DNA of 32,200 bases from Asterionella formosa. Its lineage: Eukaryota. The translations under genes were made by a program, and so were the position numbers. Below are positions 10,845-20,636 of this stretch, one piece after another. The stretch is from NCBI GenBank assembly GCA_002256025.1, contig NKIB01000522.1, forward strand, positions 1 through 32,200, read 5' to 3'. The notes below the pieces were generated by a model that made no database searches, had not been told where the DNA came from, and worked only from the letters and a program-made list of their open reading frames with translations. Positions within the stretch are counted from its first letter, which is position 1. Each line of letters begins with the position of its first letter.

Positions 10845-11224
10845 TGTTGAAAGGTCTTGTACTCCTTCCTGTCTGACGGGTTTCCTCTTTTGTAGGACTT
10901 ACCTGTTATACCACTAGTATTGTTATCTTCTTTCTGCTGCTAGCTTTCGTGCTAGTTTTCGCTATTGACCTTACTCTGTCAATTTTCACTGTTTCTTAAT
11001 TATGAGCTTAAACTAAAACTAAGTTTCAATCCCATTCATTACACTTCGAGAACCTGTTCTTCGTGTTCCCTTTTCATTGATGTAAACCTTCTTCTGATTG
11101 ATCTAAGACATCAATCTTGTTAGCAAGCTTCTTGACATGGGAATGCACCATCTGACTCATTGGACTATAGTCGAGTCCACAGTCCTTGTGACTCATTATA
11201 GCCATTGATGCTATATTCTTGACA
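10845..11224 (-). repeat. 5' LTR of Copia element (380 bp)
   Basis: Direct repeat of 4537-4917, TG...CA ends. Confidence 0.95.
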
Positions 11225-11444
11225 TACGGTATATACACATATCGGTGTGTGATCTTGTTGTATACCGATACCAGTTGTACCTCGTACAAGTTCCAGGGTA
11301 CCTGGTACAAGGTACCAGGTACCAGGTACCGGGCGGTTAATCAAATTTCGCCATCATACATCAGATACATCATAAATATACCGGTGTATAGCATTCACGA
11401 GAATTGCATGCTACACCATCATGCTGGCCTCATTTTTGAGAATC

Positions 11445-12661
11445 CGGGTTCTTTCTGGCTCATTAAGCTGATTTCAGTCTCTCTTTGAGTCTCTTTCCTT
11501 TAACTTTAGATACATCATTGGATAGTACTTTAGCTCCTGAACAAAAGGGCTGTATAATTTGAAGACAAAGAATTGGATTTTCAACTACTAATATTTAGTT
11601 GCTTGTGTGCCAGTCATGCACAACATGAAAAAATCTGTAGACACAGATCAGTCTGGACTCAATACTGCTGCAATGGATTGATATACACAACAATCGAAAC
11701 ATCGAAGCACAACCATGGGGTTTACACAACATGTTCAAGTCATCATTTTCCAGTCTACACATGTACTTTGTTGGTGGTGGGAGAACTGGCTGTCAGCATC
11801 CACAACCTCTGTCCAAAAATTTGTGTACCTTTGGGCAGCCCAAAAAATCTGTGCTCAGCATTTTTGGTCAATCTTGACTACCTTCTTGGCGATATCTCTT
11901 CTTCTCCTTTGTAATAAGAATAATATGTTACCAATGCCTCTGGAAACAACAAAGAGATTGTGATGACCAAGCATGCCATCAAAATCCCTCCTTACAAAAG
12001 TGTTTATATGCAAGCATACACTTGCCTCCTCATTGACAAGTTCAAGAACCTCTGAAGGCATCACTTCACCTTCTGATGCCTCCTCAAGTACACAATCGCC
12101 TTCATCATAGTAAAAGGTGTCTGGATCACCACCAGAAATGATCTAGAAATAATTTTTAAGGGCATACAGCTCAGTTCTATCAGCATCATCCACAATCCCA
12201 TGAGCTGTGACCGAAATGGCTGCCATCACCGCTTTTCTAGTACTACTACCTCTGACTTTCTTGAGCTCCTCCCTTTGTAGAACTGTCATTCTTTCAAGTC
12301 CATGACCTTTTGCGATTTTCAAATGCTGATTTCTGATCGACATTGATGGGTGAATGTACTTGGAAAGGCACGAAACAATGGCACCTTTGCCCATTGTCAA
12401 TTTTCGTTTCCTTGCCATGATCCCACACAGATATTTTTGAGATTATTTTGGCAGGCAGATTTCTTGTGTATCTGAAATTTATTTTTAAACCAAAATATGC
12501 TTATTGCCATGCTTACCTCCAGAAATTTACAGTTCTGTAGATTTAGATAAACTTTTCAGAGATGAAATATCCATTGAATTGAGCTAGGAGGAGAAAGGGA
12601 TTGAAAACCAAGACTGGATCCAGTCTTTTAGACTGAAATCAGCCTATCCAGAAAGAATCCG
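11445..12661 (-). mobile_element. Internally deleted TIR DNA transposon, probably diatom piggyBac-like
   Basis: Imperfect TIRs: CGGGTTCTTTCTGG-n7-AGCTGATTTCAGTCT (11445-11480) versus reverse complement CGGATTCTTTCTGG-n3-GGCTGATTTCAGTCT (12630-12661). Minus-strand ORF MARKRKLTMGKGAIVSCLSKYIHPS..ELYALKNYF resembles, from memory, N-termini of diatom piggyBac-like transposases. Decayed Cys-rich tail near 11690-11790. No catalytic core and no clear TSD. Confidence 0.6.
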
Positions 12662-12858
12662 ATACCGGTACTGATTTTGCAGCTCATTATAGTAGAAAAA
12701 ATTATCATAAGCATACATTATATATATTGGTATACCGCAATGATCATTATTCCTTCCTCCATCAGCTGCTTTCCCGTCACTCTACGTACCCTCCTGCACT
12801 GTTCATCGAAGTGAACAGCATCGCAACCTGCTTCAATAGCATTATTTAACCAACTGCA

Positions 12859-15800
12859 ATGGTGAAAGAAGACCGCTCGGAGTGGGTCGCTGTCGAGCCC
12901 CAGTTTTCCGCCCCCCTCGGCGATCAGATTCGCCCAGCCACCACTGCTTACCAATATTTTCAACGTGATGCAGCGGAACAAGTTAAGACAGAAATGACGG
13001 GTGCATTTGATGTTGGTGTGTTCTCAAAAGCCATGCGTGACAAGTGGAAAGCTACCAACCCAGACCGCAAGGCACATTACGAACTCCTTGCTCGCGAGGA
13101 TGCGGCGCGATTTGCACGAGAAAGTCACGAGGCGGATGTCGCCCAAATGGAACGAGTACGACAAAAGCAATCAGAACGAAACATGTTGATTTTGAACGAA
13201 GATGTGGAGGGTAGGAACACGCGAAGAAAGCATACGAAATCTATCAGGAAGAAAGCCAAGCAAGGCAAGAAGCAGAAACTGTCCAGTAGTCTCATTGAAA
13301 ACTCCGACAAAACCGAGGCGGAATTTCAAGATGAGAGTGACGAGCCAGAATCCGAAGTATCTTACGACTCCGACGATAGCGAGGTTCCAAAGGAAAAGAA
13401 AGTCGCCGCCCCACGGAAACTAAGCCAAGAAGCAATTGATAAACGAGACAAGGCCAAGGCAGAAAAAGACTCCAAAGAAATGTATGTGGCTCAACGCCAA
13501 GAAGAGCTTCGACGAGACCGTGCAAAGCAGGCCAAGCTTCGATTAGAATTTTTATTGCAGCAGAGTGATATTTTCAGCCATTTCGGTAACGTCAAGGAAG
13601 AGTCTGCTCGATATGGACGAGCAGCCGCAGCTGCGGCCGCAAAAAAGAAAGAAGAAGGTACAGGGAGTCGTCGAGCGACCGAAGGGGATGTTGCTGATGA
13701 TGTCGACGCGGCAGACTTGGAAGTAGTAGAGACGCAAACGACTTATTTGATGACGCAACCAACGACAATTGGATTTGGTAAAATGAGACCATATCAGTTG
13801 GAAGGATTGAATTGGATGATTCGCCTCCAAGAAAATGGAGTCAATGGCATTCTTGCCGATGAAATGGTAAGTTGAACATTGTTCGACATCCTGTTGTTCA
13901 TGAAATTATTTCTTACGCCGGTTTCTCCGAATTTAGGGTTTAGGAAAAACGTTGCAGTCAATTGCGATCCTTGTTTACATGCTGGAGTATCAGCAACGCA
14001 CTGGACCTCACTTGGTAGTCGTCCCCAAGAGTGTTCTCAGCAACTGGATGCTAGAATTTACTCGATGGGCGCCGGCTATCAAGGTGATAAAGTTTCATGG
14101 GAATAAAGAGGAGCGTGAAAAAATTTCTCGTGAGTTCATGGAACCAGCTCAACGAGACGAGGATCGAACTTGGAACGTGTGCATCACGACATATGAAGTT
14201 TGCAGCCTAGAGAAGAATGTACTTAACAAGTTCGCTTGGCAGTATCTCATTATTGACGAAGCACATCGGCTCAAGAACGAAGCTTCCGCTTTTTCCCAGA
14301 CGATTCGGACCTTTGAGACAAGGTATCGTCTACTGCTGACTGGAACTCCCCTTCAAAACAACCTTCACGAACTTTGGGCATTGCTCAATTTTTTAGTACC
14401 AGATGTTTTCGCCAATGCGGAGCAGTTTGATGAATGGTTCAATCTCGACATCGAGGACGCAGACGAGAAGAACAAGTTGATCTCTCAACTGCACAAGATT
14501 CTCAGACCGTTCATGTTACGTAGATTAAAAGCCGATGTTGAAAAGAGCCTTTTGCCTAAACATGAGACTATCCTTTTTACTGGAATGAGTGCAATGCAGA
14601 AGAAGCTCTATCGAGACATCTTGCTTCGAGATTTTGAAGTCCTTCAAGGTGGTGCCAGTGGAACAGGGAACAGAACAGCGTTGTTGAACATTGTTATGCA
14701 GCTTCGAAAGTGTGCTGGACATCCTTATCTCTTCCCTGGAGTCGAAGATCGAACCCTTCCGCCTCTGGGCGAGCATTTAATCTTGAATTGCGGAAAAATG
14801 GTACTCCTTGATAAACTCCTTCGCCGTTTAAAGGAACGTGGCCATCGAGTACTACTATTTACTCAAATGACAAGAATTTTGGATATCATGGAAGATTATT
14901 TGGTAATGAGACAATTCAAGTACTGTAGAATTGATGGAAACACTTCGTATGATGACCGAGAATCATTCATCAATTCTTACAATGCCCCGGATTCTGAAAA
15001 ATTCCTTTTCCTTTTGTCTACAAGAGCCGGTGGACTTGGTATCAATCTCCAAACAGCTGATGTCGTCATTCTGTATGATTCTGACTGGAATCCCCAAGCA
15101 GACCTTCAAGCCCAAGATCGTGCTCACCGCATCGGGCAAAAGAAAGCCGTCCAGGTATTTCGTTTGGTAACGGAACATACAATTGAGGAGAAAATTGTCG
15201 AGCGAGCACAACAGAAGTTGAAACTTGACGCCATGGTTGTGCAGCAAGGGCGCTTAAAGGACAAGGACAAGCTCTCCAGAGACGAGATCCTTTCAGCTGT
15301 GCGTTTCGGCGCTGATAAGATTTTTAAATCGAAGGACTCTTCGATCACGGATGATGACATTGACCTGATTTTAGACGCAGGCAGGAAGAAAACAGAAGAG
15401 CTGAACTCAAAACTTCAGAATGCCGACAAAGGTGATATGCTTGACTTTAAGTTAGATGGAGGTGGTATATCATCTCAGACCTTTGAGGGAATCGATTATG
15501 CAAAGGCAGCGCATGCTCAGGCTGAGCTCTTTGGGATCATGGATATCGGGAAACGAGAGAGAAAGCCTGTAGCTAACTACAATGAGAACCAGCTTTATCA
15601 GTCCCAGATGACTGCAATGCAGGGTGTCAAGAAAAAGACGAAGAGAAAGGAGACAAAGCTTCCAAAGTATCTAAGACTTCCTCGCTTGGAAGAGTGGCAA
15701 ATGTTCGATACGGCAGCCTTGCAAATTATCCAAGACGAGGAAGAAGCTACATTCAAAAGTCTTCCTGAGGACGAGCAGCGAATGGCTAATATAAAGGTCA

Positions 15801-17440
15801 AAAGGGGTAATGCTACCGGTGAGAGGAGTGCCGAGGAGCAAGCCGCAGACAATTTTGAACTTCCGCCTTTGCTTAGCGACGAGAAGCAACAAGAGAAGAC
15901 GAAACTTTTGTCCGAGGGGTTTTCCGACTGGGGACGAATGCACTACTTAGCTTTTGTTAGAGCTAATGTCAAATACGGCAGAAATGATCTCGAAAAGATT
16001 GCTCTCAGTGTTGGAAAACCGCTCAGTGCTGTCGAAGCTTATGCAACAGCCTTCTGGAGCGAAACCGTAGGGAAGGTCCGGTTTTCTGAGCATGAGTACG
16101 AAAAGGTTATCAAAATGATCGAGAAAGGAGAAAAGAAGATAGGGGAAATCAAGGGACTCGTTCGAGCAACAATGGTCCTCGTGTCCATTTTCGATAACCC
16201 TTGGAGGGAGCTCGAGTTCTCTTTTGTGAACTGTAAGGATAAGGTCTTTACCCTTGACGAAGATCGTCACCTTCTCTGTTGGGCACACAAGTTTGGTTAT
16301 GGGCAATGGGAGGCGGTGAAGATGGCGATTCGCAGAAACCCCAATTTCCGGTTCGATTATTTTCTAAGAAGTCTTCCTACTGAACTCATTGGTCGTCGGT
16401 GTGAACAGTTGATGAAGGCAGCCGAGAAGGAAGTGGAGCAAATGGAGAAACGGTCACGAGAGGAAGCAGGTATTGTGGTGGAAGAAGAGAAGAAAGGAGA
16501 AAACGATATTGATTGTAATGCCGACCTTCCTCCTATTGAACTTCCAAGCTTCAAGGAAATGCGAATTCAGATGCGTCGTAAGGCACAGCTAGACGCCGAA
16601 GCTAAGCGAGTGGAACTGGAAGGGAAAGTGGAAGAGATCGAAGATCAAATGAAAGCTATGCAAGGCCGTCTCAAGGCCTTGAACGAGTTCACACGAGAAA
16701 CGACCGTGAGCAATATGACTGACACTGATTTTCCAGATCGTCTGTTACCAAGCCTTGCAAATCTGCTAGCGAAAAGTGGCACAACTGGAATAATGGTTGT
16801 TGCAAGTGCCTTCTTGGAAGAGCATCCTGGTAGCGTTATGAAAAGGAAGGTCTGCGCGAAGATTGAGGAAATTGCAATCAAAGAGAAACGAGAAGATGAA
16901 GGTGACGTAAAGCCTGAATGGTACATTCGAGAAGAATTCATCCAACATTTGAGTATGGATACCTTGAAGTTTATTCGAAAGCGTAAGGAAGAAAAGCTTG
17001 CTAAGCTTGACGAACGTAATACCGGAGAAAATGCTGATGGGTCTGATGAGCACGGAGCCCCGGGCCCAGATGGAAGTATTGTTGTATTTCCGGAGTATGA
17101 TGGTAGAGAGCCCCCGAGAGAAAGCAAGAAGGCGTTCACTCACTTTTGCATTAAAAGCCGCAAGGATATCAAGTCGTCACTCTCACCTGATGAGCGCAAG
17201 GACAAAAAGATGATTCATCGCGTTTTGAAAGAGCGTTGGGTTGAGTTGCCAGAATCTGAGAAGAAAGTCTGGAAATCTTGGGAATCATGGGATACTAAGC
17301 GGTTTTCAAGGGATATGGTGCTTTTTGAGAAAGGGATATCATCACTGGCATCAAAGAAAAGAGTAAGGGCGGAAAGCTTTGAATCTAGGGAAGAAGCAAT
17401 CAGTTCTACTATCACCATCCCAAAGAAACGGAAAATGTAG
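12859..17440 (+). CDS. ISWI: ISWI-family SNF2 chromatin-remodelling ATPase with N- and C-terminal HMG boxes; exons 12859-13866 and 13937-17440 (1503 aa)
   Basis: A 70-nt GT-AG intron splits Walker A (GILADEM|GLGKTLQ). DEAH box, [51 protein letters not shown] ([14 protein letters not shown]) and SLIDE ([23 protein letters not shown]). Confidence 0.96.
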
Positions 17441-18427
17441 TTTACATTAATCACAATGCTATTGAGTGGTTAATTAATGTCTTTTATTTACTAAACCAAT
17501 TATGAACCTCCTATGATTCTTCGACTGGTTTAGCAAGTTGATACTTACATTGCACACGTTGTTGTTATTATCAATACAGAGCTAAGGGTTCACAATTCAT
17601 TTTTCTTCTGACTGACTTGAAACTGTGATTTTTATACTTCGCTCTTGTAATTATTGCATAGTTCATAGAATAAATATTAAACAACTAAATCACAACTGTT
17701 CCAATGTAACTTGATCAAGCCAGTGTGATCATCTACATTAAATCAATATGTGATCGCCCAATTGATTCACAAGAGTGAATGAGACTCTGCCATTTCATGC
17801 CTTGCTTTCTGGTCACGGCAACATTGAATTCTTAACACTTAGGATTTGCAAGCTTTGTTCACCCTCCTTGATCTCAATTCCTACAATCCATAGTTCTCTT
17901 CACAACATAGGTATCATCTGTGTTGTAAAACTTCTGATTTACAATCAAGGATAGCAAGTGTGCTGGCCTTCATTCAACTGCTTCCATTATCAACTCTAAT
18001 GTCCCACCTTGAATTGTAACAACAGTATGCTTACATCATGCATATTATGGCGTTAACTCATAGAATTGAGAAAGGTAGACTTGTAAGCGGATAATGCTGT
18101 CAGCTACATGAGGAAACTTTATTATTTGTAAGATATAGAGCAGAACTTAACTACATGACAAGTTGTTGGTAATGACATGCAACAACAAGACTAAGAGCTT
18201 ATCCTTCTCTTCGTCTGCAGAGGAAACAAAAGAAAGTACAACAAATCAATAGTCCTTCGTTTCCCAGGGTTGCATGGCATTTCCTGGCTTGAAGCGATTG
18301 CCGGGTAGTATAATCATACCTCATAAATGGAAAAGGCAATGATATAAGTTCATCAAGTGAGATAGCTTGCAGCCCGGATCCACAACAGTAGAAAACCAGT
18401 GAATTCCAAATCATCTGTCATGGTCTG

Positions 18428-19222
18428 TTAAGCATCGCCACCTCGATAAGAGGGCAGAAAGGGATCCATCGGCCACACAGGTTCTTCTTCCAATTCCTCC
18501 TCTTCTTCTTCGAAATTTTCATCCCCTGTTTCCAATTTTTCTTTTGAAGACTTCGTGTCTTTCTTCTTGACTCCTTCAGTCCGGATCAAATCCATCAAAA
18601 CAGTGTCAAGCAACTCTGGCTCCAGGTTTCGCCTTGCCGACTGCACTTCCATGACACGACCATAAAGTTGTGCATCGTGACAAATTGGAAATACAAAGCT
18701 CTGCGTCCCAATCACACTAGGTGTAGTGACATAAGCCTCGCGAGACCGACTAGTTTCGAAGAAATCCACACCTGCAAGACCAACCCACTCATCCTGCTGT
18801 TTCTCTCGATTTTCTCTGGGTTCTACATTTCGAATCTTTGGTTCAAGCAAAGGATCGTCCCAATACTCTTGGCCAGCTTTTCGTCGTTTCCGTTTGGTAG
18901 CGGTCTCTTGTCGTTTTTCCAATCTAGGCGGCACCAAGGGCGTTCGATAGCGCTTGGCTAGAGGAGGTAAGCCACCACCTGCACCGTCCGTCAGAGTTCT
19001 GTGTGCATCTACCGCTGCATCCACCAGACGAGCCATGTACTGGACAGTGAGCTCTGCCACGAGCCCAGCTGTATCGAGGTTGACTTCTCGAGGTGGAACG
19101 TCGCCGCTGCCGTGCATCAGGAGTGGAATGTCGGGAGCAATCGCTTTGACCGCCTTTTCAAAGGCGGCTGCTTTAGAGGAAGGAGCGTTTCTCGGGGTGG
19201 CTGCGGAAGCGGAGGGAACCAT
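18428..19222 (-). CDS. TAF13: TAF13-like histone-fold protein (TFIID subunit)
   Basis: DIPLLMHGSGD..DTAGLVAELTVQYMARLVDAA and SFVFPICHDAQLYGRVMEV match the TAF13/SPT3 pattern (MYGFGD..EDLV.EFI; FLIRKD.RK.ARV). Acidic tail. Confidence 0.65.
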   Translation of the reverse strand: MVPSASAATPRNAPSSKAAAFEKAVKAIAPDIPLLMHGSGDVPPREVNLDTAGLVAELTVQYMARLVDAAVDAHRTLTDGAGGGLPPLAKRYRTPLVPPRLEKRQETATKRKRRKAGQEYWDDPLLEPKIRNVEPRENREKQQDEWVGLAGVDFFETSRSREAYVTTPSVIGTQSFVFPICHDAQLYGRVMEVQSARRNLEPELLDTVLMDLIRTEGVKKKDTKSSKEKLETGDENFEEEEEELEEEPVWPMDPFLPSYRGGDA

Positions 19223-20636
19223 GATTGAGAGCGCGAGCTACCAGTATCATTGACGAAATGAAATTGTCATCAACGAACACAACGTGATGTGCTGTCTCAC
19301 TTTAGACTAACGGCGATAGAGCATGTACCGAATTATTAATATGAAATGACGGGCACTGTTCGATCTGAAAACGCAAAACTGTGTGTGCTGCAGCAGACGT
19401 ACTAGTATCATTTTATTTTGTTTTATTGTTTGTGCTTCTAAATACCAAATTAATTTGTGCCAAAATTTTTATTATTTCAGTACAATCTGGCATCAAATAT
19501 ATGTTTAACTACAATTATTAACGGTGAGATGTTCAATGATAAGTTCAGGGTGCGAGCAGGCTGCACCATGGAAGGATACTATGATTCAAATGTAGGATCT
19601 GAAATTTTTACATATTGTTGTGCAGGTGGTGGAGTCAGCATGGGACAAGGTGACTGTGGAATTGATCACAATACATGGTGGCAAATTGGATATGAAGCCA
19701 TTGTGGCTCTTGGTTCACTTTTGTTCTAGTCTATTGGAACAATATTTATTCATGAGCAACATGTTCTATCATTAAAGTTTAAATATTTGGTTTACAATCT
19801 TCATTTCTGACTTGAACATGGAAAAATAGTTGCTACATATTGATGATGACTCAAAAAGAATATAGAATCAATTTTATGTTGCACACAGCTTCTTCTATTT
19901 GTGGCACCATGTAGGATGAGGATTTCTCCATGGCAAGATGTCATTTTGAGGGTGCTAATGGGGAGAAAAGTCGAAATGTTCAGTGACCAATGATAATGAA
20001 ATTATGCACATCAATGATAAATATATATTCATGTATATATATTTAATCAAATGTTCATTGAGGAGGCATAACAAATAAGAGGAGAGGGGCAATGATATGA
20101 AATTATGAAATTTTAACTATTAATAATTATCCATAATCATTTAAAATTATTTTCAATGTCATATAGTATACCGGTATTACTTACAGATAATCTAAACATT
20201 TACTGGTATACCATTTGGAGTACGGTATGAGAGGAGCGCAACGAAGAAGATATTTTATGAAATATCAAAACACCCCAAAAAATTGTGCTGTGATATTTTC
20301 GGCACAAATTCAGCCATTTGGAACTTCAGAGCGCGCCCATCAGTACATTTCTGAGTTTCCTTCTTCCTCGCCGACTTCCGCTGCGCTGGTCTTGTCATGA
20401 TCCTTTGCTTCTCTGAAATTCTTGATGCTGCGGAATCATCATCTTCATCATTCGTTATTTTAGATTGTTATTCACTGGACCATTGCAACGCATTCAAATA
20501 AAATTGGTTGAACTACAATCAGGAACCACGCAATCAATCTTCCCTTGAAAGCACGGGTTGAAGTTTCTACAGCTTTGTTTGTCGCACGAGACGAAGAACA
20601 CCGATCATCTTCCTCCGAATCGTCGCCAATATCCAG

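Larger units (their letters stand above)
4537..11224 (-). mobile_element. Decayed Ty1/Copia LTR retrotransposon with nested DNA-transposon insertions
   Basis: Two ~380-bp direct LTRs (TG...CA). Internal gag knuckles, protease, RT and RNase H on the minus strand in Copia order. PPT next to the 3' LTR. Integrase, PBS and TSD are not visible. Confidence 0.9.

Noticed and set aside
11074..11488. Short ORFs over the 5' LTR and GGTACC tract
   Set aside because: They span an LTR/flank junction and low-complexity repeats; not credible genes.
13001..17454. Many antisense and alternate-frame ORFs inside ISWI
   Set aside because: Shadow ORFs of a long coding sequence with no independent motifs.
17500..18150. 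Possible decayed coding or TE remnant between ISWI and TAF13-like
   Set aside because: The minus-strand frame I translated has frequent stops, the ORF track lists nothing here, and I see no motif or terminal repeats.
19457..19729. 90-aa ORF in the TAF13/ABC1K intergenic region
   Set aside because: Non-ATG start, AT-rich context and no recognisable family; possibly old debris but unsupported.
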